50,489 nt of DNA, taken from the IMG/VR virus record IMGVR_UViG_3300036781_000222, positions 1 through 50,489 of that record; one strand, given 5' to 3'. The notes under the pieces were generated by a model that saw nothing but the letters and a program-made list of their open reading frames with translations, did no database searches and was not told the DNA's origin. This document shows positions 26,725 to 35,138 of the stretch, in pieces (the first letter of the stretch is position 1; every line of letters starts with the position of its first letter). The position numbers were made by a program, and so were the translations under genes. Source of the DNA: a virus. Taxonomy: Duplodnaviria > Caudoviricetes.

Positions 26725-27006
26725 TTAGGTGGCTGACCCAATGGTTGACCCGGTGCTGCTGATGGTCGCCGCGCCCGGGGCTGTCGCACTCACGGTGATA
26801 ACCTTACCGGAACTCACCGCGCCGCCCGTCACGAAGACGAATACGAGGTCGCCAAGTTTCATGCCGAGCTGTCCGCCATTGGTGAAGTAGCCAGCACCGG
26901 CAACCGTCGCATATGAATCAGCGCTGGCATAAGTCCAGATAGCCGGTGCCGTGTCCCCGATGGTTTGCGTCAGAAGCGCCGGAGGATTCGAAGTCGAATA
27001 AGCCAT
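26725..27006 (-). CDS. Probable capsid decoration/minor capsid protein
   Basis: 93 aa directly after the MCP; AGGAG SD; WTY.SAD..ATV..AGYF.NG..LGMKLGD. Confidence 0.7.
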   Translation of the reverse strand: MAYSTSNPPALLTQTIGDTAPAIWTYASADSYATVAGAGYFTNGGQLGMKLGDLVFVFVTGGAVSSGKVITVSATAPGAATISSTGSTIGSAT

Positions 27007-27028
27007 GATCTATCTCCTATCCTCTCGA

Positions 27029-27880
27029 TTACTGCAGCACGAACGAGCCGTCATCGTGGTTGATCACGACCACGCCAGCGTTCTGCAACAGCTTGGACCC
27101 CATATAGACCGAGGTACGGCAATACGAATAATCCTGCTCCTCGTCATAGCCGACGAAGGTCTGGACATTCGCGATGTCGGTCGCGTGGCCAATCGCCGAG
27201 CTGTGATACATGAAGCATTTGGCGGCATTGGTGCCGAAGCCCGGGAGCTGGGGATGCACATACCACTTCATGTTCATCCAGCTATAGAAGCCGATTTCGT
27301 CTTTCCATGAGGTATTGGTGCCGTCCAGCGGCCGCATGGAGACATAATCGGCATTGGCGAATTCCTTGGTCTGGAGCAGGAACGCCAGAGCGGCTGGGGT
27401 GATCGCCACCCAGATGTTGCCATCCATCGGCACCTGGTTGTTCTGCAGGCCGGTCAAGGCATAGGTCGCCAGATTGAGGCTCATCGTCTTGGAAGCGCCG
27501 GTATCATTGGTCCCGTTGCTGAGTTCGCCGATGATATCCTGGTCGATCTTACGGTTGATCACGCCCATGCTGGTCATCTGCATGATGCGCTTGCCATCGC
27601 CCTGGCTGGCAAAGATGTTGAAGCCAGTCCGGCGCGGAAGGTCATGCCATTCCTGCAGGGTGGCGGTGGGCTGGTTGAGGTTGTCGTTACGGGCCGGGAT
27701 CAGGCCGTTGACGCCGCGGGTAACGGCGGTTGCACCGCCCGAGTCGGCCACCAGGAAGGTCGCCTGATTGCCCTTGATAACAGCTTCATTGGTGACGCTG
27801 TTGCCCATCAAGGAACGGTGCTGCTCGAAGCCCGCTATGAACTCTTGCCTATACTGGATCTGAAAGGCTGTTGCAGCCAT
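27029..27880 (-). CDS. Major capsid protein (BPP-1-like)
   Basis: AFQIQYRQEFIAGFEQ..S...V..E.VIKGN.A.FL; INRKIDQDII; GGAG SD; follows the scaffold gene. Confidence 0.9.
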   Translation of the reverse strand: MAATAFQIQYRQEFIAGFEQHRSLMGNSVTNEAVIKGNQATFLVADSGGATAVTRGVNGLIPARNDNLNQPTATLQEWHDLPRRTGFNIFASQGDGKRIMQMTSMGVINRKIDQDIIGELSNGTNDTGASKTMSLNLATYALTGLQNNQVPMDGNIWVAITPAALAFLLQTKEFANADYVSMRPLDGTNTSWKDEIGFYSWMNMKWYVHPQLPGFGTNAAKCFMYHSSAIGHATDIANVQTFVGYDEEQDYSYCRTSVYMGSKLLQNAGVVVINHDDGSFVLQ

Positions 27881-28094
27881 TTGGGTTCTCCATCAAAACG
27901 GTTATACACCGCATCGACGGGGTGTCCTGGCTGCGCTCTCGGGGTGCCGGCGAACCGGGCCGATCCTTCAGCGGCTGGAGCCGCGAAGCTGGTAGGTTTA
28001 GAACTGCCGGTACCCATCAGGCACCATATGCAGGTCAAGCGAAATCTTATCGCAAGCGGTTCACTTTTGCAAGCAGTGCAGCATAATGGCGCGC

Positions 28095-28121
28095 AAAAAA
28101 GAGGCGGCACAAGGCCGCCCC
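28095..28121 (-). terminator. Intrinsic terminator upstream of the capsid gene
   Basis: GGGCGGC-CTTGT-GCCGCCTC-TTTTTT on the minus strand. Confidence 0.8.
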
Positions 28122-28142
28122 AGGGGAGCTTCTGGGAGGAAG

Positions 28143-28331
28143 CTAACTCGAGCTGACCTTACCAATCCGGCGCAAAGTCTCCGCAAGCCGCGCCCGGCGG
28201 CCGGTCACGCCGCCTTTTGCCGCCGCCTTGGCGAGCTTATTGGCTGGGATCGGCTCGCCTTCCTTGGCGCCGAGCTCCTTGCGTAGCGCGCCTGGATGCT
28301 TGATCGCGCCTGAGATCCAGTTCTTTGCCAT
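28143..28331 (-). CDS. Small basic conserved phage protein
   Basis: MAKNWISGAIKHPGALRKELG...IP..KL.KAA...G.TGRRARLAETL. Confidence 0.75.
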   Translation of the reverse strand: MAKNWISGAIKHPGALRKELGAKEGEPIPANKLAKAAAKGGVTGRRARLAETLRRIGKVSSS

Positions 28332-29302
28332 CACATCCCCCTCGCCTTGTACTTCTCGCGCGCCTCGATCAGCTGGGTATAGCGCTGTTGCTGCCCAGGT
28401 GAGCGCATATGCTTCTCATAGCCGCCCGGTGCGTTCATGCTCTCCTCGATCTTGGCAATCTCCGCATCAACGCCCTGCTGGACGTTGCCGCCGCCGGCCG
28501 GAATGATCGCAGCGCCAGGGTTGAGTTCCCGCGCCAGGGCCGATAGCCCTTCGAGAATGCCCTGGTGATTCATCAGCGGTGTCCCATCCGGCAGCATCGC
28601 CTCCTGGAACAAGGAGCTTGCCTCGCCGAAGAAGCCATCCGAGATATTCTTGATCCCGTTCATATTGGCCCGGTAATCGCTGCCCCACTTGCCACGCAGC
28701 GAGTCAACGACGCGCTCCTTGTTGGCGGTCTGCTCGGTGATGAAATTCTCCTGCGCCACCTCTTGAAGTTCATAGTATGCAGCAAGCGCTGCGTTGACAT
28801 GGGCCGGCGGCGCATTCTCAGCATGCATCTTGTTGAGGAACAGATCGACCAGCGGCGCGTCATCGTCACCGATCACCAGCCCCTCTGGCAGCTTATCCAG
28901 GTAGCCCTTCGGCTCATTGGGAACGCCGATCTCGGCCCGGTATGCCGCCAACTGTTCCGGCGTCGCATCGGCGCCGGGTGCTTTCCGGTGCGCGCCCGAA
29001 CTGATCAGCTTGTCCTGCTCGCGGATTTTCTTGGCAAGGGCGGTTGGATCGTTCAGGCGCTGCAACATGGTGAGCGTCTTGTTGCGCTCATCGCCCTCCG
29101 GAAAATCAAGCGCCAGCTTCTCGCGCCAATCATCCGGCCAAGTGGTGACAGGCGGCGTGGCGGATGGCTCGCCAGAGAGCGCGGTCGGAATGGCAACGGG
29201 TGACGGCGCTGGTGCCGGTGCCGGGTCCGCTGGTGTCACATCCACAGGCGCCGGGGTGGCCGTCTGGTCCGACGGAGCCGGTGCGGGTGCAGCATCAACC
29301 AT
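28331..29302 (-). CDS. Capsid scaffolding protein
   Basis: Pro/Ala-rich N-terminus, WPDDWREKLA, LRGKWGSDY..N; between portal and MCP; AAGGAG SD. Confidence 0.82.
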   Translation of the reverse strand: MVDAAPAPAPSDQTATPAPVDVTPADPAPAPAPSPVAIPTALSGEPSATPPVTTWPDDWREKLALDFPEGDERNKTLTMLQRLNDPTALAKKIREQDKLISSGAHRKAPGADATPEQLAAYRAEIGVPNEPKGYLDKLPEGLVIGDDDAPLVDLFLNKMHAENAPPAHVNAALAAYYELQEVAQENFITEQTANKERVVDSLRGKWGSDYRANMNGIKNISDGFFGEASSLFQEAMLPDGTPLMNHQGILEGLSALARELNPGAAIIPAGGGNVQQGVDAEIAKIEESMNAPGGYEKHMRSPGQQQRYTQLIEAREKYKARGM

Positions 29303-29606
29303 GCGTATTTTCTCCTTTTAACGGTGGTTGGATAGGTTCTCGATTTAAAACTCGGTTCAGCTCCCGGACGATAGCCAGGCCGATCGCGCGCTTGCCGGAT
29401 GCAAAATCCGATAGACGCACGCCCTCCGGTCCGGGTCGCCAAGTCTGGTCATAGGTACCGCAGGCACTGATGAGCCATGCCAGCACTTCACGCTGTTGGT
29501 GCTCGCTGGCGGTTCCCGCCGCCATGGCCTTGACCCCCGCCGTCACATGCACGGCCGGCGTCGGAATGAAATGCACATCGGTCGCGGGATCTGGTTTCTT
29601 CGCCAT
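29295..29606 (-). CDS. Bbp19-like small protein
   Basis: GTASEHQQ..L.W....TYD...PG....SDFASGKRAIGLAI. Confidence 0.75.
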   Translation of the reverse strand: MAKKPDPATDVHFIPTPAVHVTAGVKAMAAGTASEHQQREVLAWLISACGTYDQTWRPGPEGVRLSDFASGKRAIGLAIVRELNRVLNREPIQPPLKGENTHG

Positions 29607-29770
29607 CAGTGGATCGTCCTTGTCTTCAGGCGCTCGGCGAGACCCATCTCGAAGCCTTGCCACATCTCCTCAAATTCCTCACGCGTGACATGCGGACAGC
29701 AGACACGGCAGATATCCCACCATTCGGTCTTATCGAACAGTTGAAGGCTATCCAGTTCCTCGTCGCTCAT
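29606..29770 (-). CDS. Small hypothetical protein (54 aa, not in ORF track)
   Basis: MSDEELDSLQLFDKTEWWDICRVCCPHVTREEFEEMWQGF...; ATGA overlap with the portal stop and TGATG with the next gene. Confidence 0.65.
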   Translation of the reverse strand: MSDEELDSLQLFDKTEWWDICRVCCPHVTREEFEEMWQGFEMGLAERLKTRTIH

Positions 29771-31494
29771 TGCCCCAATGCCTCCGCGACAGGCCCCAGT
29801 GCCGCGGCACCCTGGCCGACCTGCTGTGCCGCCTGGCCAGCGCCAGCCGCTGCTGTCAGTGTCTGCTTGAGCGCATCCATCTGCTGCTGGCTCTGGCGCA
29901 GGCTATCGACCTGATCCTCATCCTTGAGCCAGTCAGCCGGGAAGTCGATGCCGTCCAGCGCATCGCGGAGCGCCACCTCGGCGTCGGCAATGCCGGACAA
30001 TGCCGGGTCCATGGTGGCGCCGATATCAATCAACTGCTTGCCCTGGACGAAGATCTGCGCCTTGATCTGCTTCTTGGCCTCGACCAGCGGATTAGTGAAG
30101 CTGAACTTGATATCGGCACCCTGCAGGCTGTCAGGAATCGCCTGAGGCGAGCCGAACGCCTTGACCGCCATCAGCAAGTCAAAGGTCTGGCTGCACATCG
30201 GTTGGTTATAGTCCTCATTGATCGGCGTAAAGAGTGCGATCGCATTGCGCACGTATTCCTGCACCCGTGCCCGTACCTCGGTCGCCGTCATATCGGGACC
30301 GATCGGTGGCAGCGTCAGCTTGTCGGCATAGAAGCCCTTGGATAGCATAGACCGGATATCGGAAATGAACTGATTGCCGAAAGCAAGACCGCGGCTATCG
30401 ATCGTCATCGGGCGCAACGCATCGCCCAAGCGTTCGTCATAATCCGCATCGACATAAGTGATCGCGCCGGGATAGACGGCGATATCGGAGCGCACCGCTT
30501 GCTCCACGGCCACCAGCGGCGGATCAACCGCTTTCTCGCCAGCACGCAGCATCGTATAGGCCATGGCTTGCAAGACTCGCGCATCCGGCAATCCACACAC
30601 CACGGCGGGGGAGCAGGCGTATTGCGTGCCATAGCGCCAGCCTGTGACGCGCTGCCAGCGTGGGATGATGTAATAGGGCGTGATCCGCGCCGTCTCGATG
30701 ATCACCCACTGGTTTTGCAAGTCGATCCAATACTCGATCCACGGGCGCCCCTTACGGACATAAGGGCCATCATAGTCATCGGCTGGGCAGATGATATGAA
30801 TGAGCTTGCCGCACTGATACGCCTGCCGGCCATTGTCCATCGTGGCTTTCTGGATGATCTCGGGGTGCAGCTTATCCTTCGGGAAATACTGCATCATCTC
30901 CTGGTAAGTCGGCTCCCATTGCCGGCAGCGCATGCCGACCACGCCGGTTGCCGTCTCGGCCCATGCCATGTCCCGCAGATGCCAGGCACGATAGAGCAGC
31001 GCGTTATCCTTGAGATTGATCTCGACAGAAAGGCTGGCCTGCCCGAACGCGGCGTAATCGCCATCGGCTTCCTTGGTCGCCCGGCTGAACTGCGCCTTTT
31101 CATCCTGCATCGCCCGGCGCTGGGTCCGGGTCGCCATCTCCAACCACTTCTTGGCGGCATTATCGATCTGCCGGTCATCCCGATTGGTCGCTACCTCAAA
31201 CCAATCCTGGCCGGTCGGCCTGGCGCCCTCGCCGATCTGATCCTGCAAGTCGCGCATGACGAGGCTGGGATAGCTCGTGGTCTGGTTATAGGCGAACTCA
31301 TCGCCGATATAGCGCGTGATGGTGAAGTCGCTTCTGACAGCATAAAAATTTTCAGCGATATCTTGCCAGTAAGATAACAAGGGGGTTCTGGCAGAAAGCA
31401 GCCACTGCGCCCGCGCCACTATCGCCTTGTGACGATCCTCGTAATTGGAGGTCGCGCGCTCGCTGATTACCTGTGCCTGTGTCGCCGCAGCCAT
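29767..31494 (-). CDS. Portal (head-tail connector) protein
   Basis: 575 aa; WQDIAENFY, PY.IPRW, GEKAVDPPL, MTATEV..R..E motifs. Confidence 0.93.
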   Translation of the reverse strand: MAAATQAQVISERATSNYEDRHKAIVARAQWLLSARTPLLSYWQDIAENFYAVRSDFTITRYIGDEFAYNQTTSYPSLVMRDLQDQIGEGARPTGQDWFEVATNRDDRQIDNAAKKWLEMATRTQRRAMQDEKAQFSRATKEADGDYAAFGQASLSVEINLKDNALLYRAWHLRDMAWAETATGVVGMRCRQWEPTYQEMMQYFPKDKLHPEIIQKATMDNGRQAYQCGKLIHIICPADDYDGPYVRKGRPWIEYWIDLQNQWVIIETARITPYYIIPRWQRVTGWRYGTQYACSPAVVCGLPDARVLQAMAYTMLRAGEKAVDPPLVAVEQAVRSDIAVYPGAITYVDADYDERLGDALRPMTIDSRGLAFGNQFISDIRSMLSKGFYADKLTLPPIGPDMTATEVRARVQEYVRNAIALFTPINEDYNQPMCSQTFDLLMAVKAFGSPQAIPDSLQGADIKFSFTNPLVEAKKQIKAQIFVQGKQLIDIGATMDPALSGIADAEVALRDALDGIDFPADWLKDEDQVDSLRQSQQQMDALKQTLTAAAGAGQAAQQVGQGAAALGPVAEALGQ

Positions 31495-31498
31495 CTCA

Positions 31499-31681
31499 TT
31501 ACCCCAATGTGTCTACGCCGGTTGCGTCGGTCAGGATCGTGCTCATCCGCCCCTGGCTGGCTGTACGCTTGCGCACCGCCTCCTGTTCTGCCGCCTGGAC
31601 CTGAGTATCGTCAGGTACTGGCATAACCGGCGATGCCGTTACCTTTGGCGTCTTGGTCTTTTTCGCAAACAGGCTTGCCAT
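31499..31681 (-). CDS. Small pre-portal virion protein, paralog 3
   Basis: Ends GRMSTILTDATGVDTLG. Confidence 0.75.
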   Translation of the reverse strand: MASLFAKKTKTPKVTASPVMPVPDDTQVQAAEQEAVRKRTASQGRMSTILTDATGVDTLG

Positions 31682-31684
31682 GGC

Positions 31685-31933
31685 TCACCCCAACTGATCG
31701 GTATCTGTGTTCGACGTGCCGTCATCCAGCACCGTGCCGACGCGGGCCGAGTTCGCCAGCCGGCGCCTGGTCTGCTCGTCGAGTGCTGCCTGGGCGCTCG
31801 CCTGATCCATGGTCGGCTGAAGCTGCGCCGTGGTCGCTGGCGCTGCCTTTTGCTTCTTCGCCTTCGGCATGACGAACTTCCGCAAATTGAGCGGATCGGT
31901 AAAGTTCCAGAATGTCTTCTTGATGCCGCTCAC
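31685..31933 (-). CDS. Small pre-portal virion protein, paralog 2
   Basis: AGGAGG SD, GTG start; DQASAQAALDEQ..RR...GTVL...DQLG. Confidence 0.75.
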   Translation of the reverse strand: MSGIKKTFWNFTDPLNLRKFVMPKAKKQKAAPATTAQLQPTMDQASAQAALDEQTRRRLANSARVGTVLDDGTSNTDTDQLG

Positions 31934-31942
31934 CTGAGCCTC

Positions 31943-32167
31943 CTATCCCAACTGATCCGGTTGACCGCCGGTTGCGTCTTGCAAGACCGTCCCCAGCCGG
32001 CGTTTCTTCTGCTCATCCAATGCCGCCTGCAAGCTGGCCTGATCCTGCGCCGCAAGGTTAGACGGCTGTGTGCTGGTTGGCTTTGCCGCTACTGGCGCCG
32101 GCTCGGACTTTTTCTTCGGCTTCGACCCGGTGATCGCCTTGAATGCCTTCTTGATGCCGCCCATCAT
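31943..32167 (-). CDS. Small pre-portal virion protein, paralog 1
   Basis: ATGA overlap with terL; DQASLQAALDEQ..RRLGTVL...DQLG. Confidence 0.75.
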   Translation of the reverse strand: MMGGIKKAFKAITGSKPKKKSEPAPVAAKPTSTQPSNLAAQDQASLQAALDEQKKRRLGTVLQDATGGQPDQLG

Positions 32168-33783
32168 TTCCCTCGCATATTCGCCATCGGCTGCCGCGCA
32201 ATGCGTGGGCCGCTCATAACTGCTTGTGGTTGTCTGGACCGCCCCCGGCGACCGCCCCCCTGATGCTGAGACCACTCGCGCATATCGACATATCCACGCG
32301 GTCCACCATGCCAGCACATGATAACAGAATCAGCCTTATCTGGCGAGCGTCCCAGCAGATCAATGACATCCTCTTTGGTGGTGATCTTGATCCCGCGCGC
32401 CAGGATCTCGAATGAGACGATCGTCAGTTCCGCCATCAGCTCGGGATCGTTCGGCAGCGCCACCGGGGAGCCGCCGGGCTGGTCCGGATTCAGCGCTTCC
32501 CGCATCCGCCAATAGGCCATCGCCCGCGTATTCGTGAAGCCGTAGCTTTTATCCTCGGTGCGGCGCGTGGTTCCTTCGGCGCCTTTATAGGGGATGACAT
32601 CGATGCCGTTGCCCTCAAGATGGTCACGAGGACCGCCGCCGTAGCCACCACCCATATCAAGCACAACAACAGCACCATCGCGGCGATGCTTGACCACCAG
32701 GGCGGCAACGTCTGTTCCATAGGGGGTTTCCTTGCCTGGGACCTGAACGAACGGCGCAAACCACCAATCATGGCGCCAGGTGATCGTGGTCGTATCCTCT
32801 CCGCCCTGGGCGATATCGACGCCCATGCTGCACATCGGCGTTTCCTCGGGCGGCCGTGGCGTCCAGCGCTCCATGGCCTGCCTGATCCAGTCAGTCGGGA
32901 TCAACTGGTCCGGCGCGTCTTTGCGGGCGGCCATGAAGTTGCCGTCCCGCATCGCCGAGCGCATTTCGCCGCGGAGGCCGTCAAGCGTCGCCTCATAGCT
33001 GGTGCCGACGAGATAAGGGTTATCGCTCACCTTGGCCTGGATGAACGTCCTCGATTTGGGAATGACTGGCTTTTCCTCGCCAGGGAACTGGTATGGCTCC
33101 GGTCCCGGAACCTCGAAATCGCGGTCGTCCGGATCTGTCACGAACCAACGCAGTTCGCCATGCTTGGCTGGCTTGCTATAGGTGATGTCGAGCCAGGGTC
33201 GAAACATGCTGATGATCCATTGGCCCTGGGAATTGACCGGTGGGTTGCTGGCCAGGATGGTACGGCAGCGCTGCTTCTTGGTAATCGATCGGTTCCAGGT
33301 CATCAGGAATCGGATATGCGCCTCAAGGAACTGGCACGCCTCATCGAAGCAAAGCAGGTCGTGCTCCTGGCCTTGCCAGCCATCGACTGAGCCTTCCTCC
33401 TTGGCCGCGCCGAACTCGATCAGCTTCTTGTCGCCGATCCTCATCTTCGGGCGAGAACCTCCAGAGAAGCCGTCTCGCGCGCCGGCAAACTTGATGAGCT
33501 GGTCACAGATGCCATTCAGATCGGTGTAATGGCGGCGCATGATGAGCGAGCGCTCATGATCATTCAGCGCCAGGCCAACCATAAGCCCGGTCTTGCCGCC
33601 GCCAGCGGCTCCCCCATAGAGCAGGATATCGGCGCGTGACAGATATGCATCTGTCTGCGGTCCTGGGTTAGGGATGAACTTCATATGCTTGGTGGCTTCA
33701 ATCGCCTGCTTGCTGACCTCCGCCATCTTGTCAGGCGGCAGCTTGGTCAGTGTCGCCAGGATATCCTTGAGCAGATCGGTCAT
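32164..33783 (-). CDS. terL: Terminase large subunit
   Basis: PNPGPQ, Walker A GGAAGGGKT, Walker B FDEA, ASNP, nuclease GVDIA.GG.D and RSPDKAD. Confidence 0.96.
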   Translation of the reverse strand: MTDLLKDILATLTKLPPDKMAEVSKQAIEATKHMKFIPNPGPQTDAYLSRADILLYGGAAGGGKTGLMVGLALNDHERSLIMRRHYTDLNGICDQLIKFAGARDGFSGGSRPKMRIGDKKLIEFGAAKEEGSVDGWQGQEHDLLCFDEACQFLEAHIRFLMTWNRSITKKQRCRTILASNPPVNSQGQWIISMFRPWLDITYSKPAKHGELRWFVTDPDDRDFEVPGPEPYQFPGEEKPVIPKSRTFIQAKVSDNPYLVGTSYEATLDGLRGEMRSAMRDGNFMAARKDAPDQLIPTDWIRQAMERWTPRPPEETPMCSMGVDIAQGGEDTTTITWRHDWWFAPFVQVPGKETPYGTDVAALVVKHRRDGAVVVLDMGGGYGGGPRDHLEGNGIDVIPYKGAEGTTRRTEDKSYGFTNTRAMAYWRMREALNPDQPGGSPVALPNDPELMAELTIVSFEILARGIKITTKEDVIDLLGRSPDKADSVIMCWHGGPRGYVDMREWSQHQGGGRRGRSRQPQAVMSGPRIARQPMANMRGK

Positions 33784-33992
33784 CCCAGCACCTGCGCCCA
33801 GGTGGTGGCCAGATCCACTTCGCCGCCATCATCCGGCAGCGGGCGCTCCTGGGTATCGGTCAGCACCGCCTCGCCGATCGACCAGGAGACTTCGACCTGG
33901 ACCACATCCGACACCGCGACGCTGGTAACGCTGACGCCCTTCGGCGCAAGGTCCGTAGCCAACGTGGTGCGAAAGAGGTCCAGGTCGAACAT
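33780..33992 (-). CDS. Hypothetical protein
   Basis: ATGA overlap with terL; 70 aa. Confidence 0.55.
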   Translation of the reverse strand: MFDLDLFRTTLATDLAPKGVSVTSVAVSDVVQVEVSWSIGEAVLTDTQERPLPDDGGEVDLATTWAQVLG

Positions 33993-33994
33993 CC

Positions 33995-34837
33995 TTAGCG
34001 AACCTGCTTGATATGCAGGTAGTCGAGATCAACCGTGGCCGACGCGGCCGATCGGGTGAACGCCGCAATCACTGGCGTCAAGGCCACGCTGTTCCGCGGT
34101 CCCGCCATCAGCGCCGAGTTGTTGCTGGCCGGCGTTGCCGCAGCGATCGGCACACCATTGCGATAGAACTTCGCATAGCTGCCGGTCGTGGTGTTATCGC
34201 TGTAAAGCTCGACACGCAGCGTCTCGAAGGTCGCTGCCACCGGAGCGACGCCGAAGTTCTGCCCGGTGCTGTCAACGTCATTGGCAACACCCATGCCCCA
34301 CCAGTTCTTGGTGGTCATCGCCGTGTCAAAGACAAAGCCGACCGCATCGGTCGCCGTGGTCGTGAAGCCATCGGCTGTCCCGGATCCGTTGATCGGCATT
34401 TCCAGCGCTGCCGTCTGATCGGTGAAGCCGATGAAAACGGCGATATTGGTGATGGCCGAGAGCTTGATGCGGCATTCCAAGGCCGTGCATTCGCCCTGGA
34501 ACTGTGCCGGCGCATACCAGTTCAGGCTGCCCTGAAGCTGCACGCCGTTGACCGCCATGGTGGTGGTCGCGCCCGCACCCGTCGTCGAGCGAACCACACC
34601 GGAGCGCTGGACGTTGATGGTCGGAGTTACAACGCCGCCATCCGAACCGGTCTTGGCGTCCCACCGGGCATCGAGCGTATCGCCGAGGAAGTCGTCCCAA
34701 TCGGCGCTCACCAGGGGCGACGCCTCGTGCCGCTGGCTGCCTTCATTGCCGGCGATGAAGCCGTTGAGCGCCAGGACGCGATGCTGGTTGTCCATGCCGA
34801 CGATACGGCCATGTAGGGAAGTTAGAATACCACTCAT
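33995..34837 (-). CDS. Beta-rich putative virion protein
   Basis: GGAG SD before ATG 34837; DDFLG motif, ends VDLDYLHIKQVR. Confidence 0.7.
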   Translation of the reverse strand: MSGILTSLHGRIVGMDNQHRVLALNGFIAGNEGSQRHEASPLVSADWDDFLGDTLDARWDAKTGSDGGVVTPTINVQRSGVVRSTTGAGATTTMAVNGVQLQGSLNWYAPAQFQGECTALECRIKLSAITNIAVFIGFTDQTAALEMPINGSGTADGFTTTATDAVGFVFDTAMTTKNWWGMGVANDVDSTGQNFGVAPVAATFETLRVELYSDNTTTGSYAKFYRNGVPIAAATPASNNSALMAGPRNSVALTPVIAAFTRSAASATVDLDYLHIKQVR

Positions 34838-34901
34838 GTCATTCTCCATTCGTGCTGTTGCTGTTGCTTCTCGCGGAACCGCCGCGTGCGGTGGTTAACC
34901 T

Positions 34902-35132
34902 TTAACTAGCTGGCAATAGGTGGCTGCTGAAGCAGCAACGTCGCCTTGCGGGTTGAATCGATGATGCTATTGATCTCCAGCGTGTCCATGAAGGCGGCGT
35001 AATCATCGTGATCGCATAAGCGCTTCTGCAGATAGATGCTGTCGTAGATGAACGACATGAACACGTTGCCGCCCCAAACGTTATTGATGATGGCTTGCCA
35101 TTCATCAGCAGTGAAAAGAGCTCTGAATACAT
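34902..35132 (-). CDS. Small protein downstream of the fibre gene; frame and start uncertain (the alternative frame ending at 34906 reads FRALFTADEWQAI..., typical of fibre-associated small proteins)
   Basis: Two overlapping minus-strand ORFs; the 34906-ending frame looks more protein-like. Confidence 0.4.
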   Translation of the reverse strand: MYSELFSLLMNGKPSSITFGAATCSCRSSTTASICRSAYAITMITPPSWTRWRSIASSIQPARRRCCFSSHLLPAS

Positions 35133-35138
35133 CGAGGT

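Noticed and set aside
29607-29663. GTG 29663 as start of the Bbp19-like gene
   Set aside because: The region is better explained by the coupled 54-aa ORF 29606-29770 with a TGATG junction; not fully excluded
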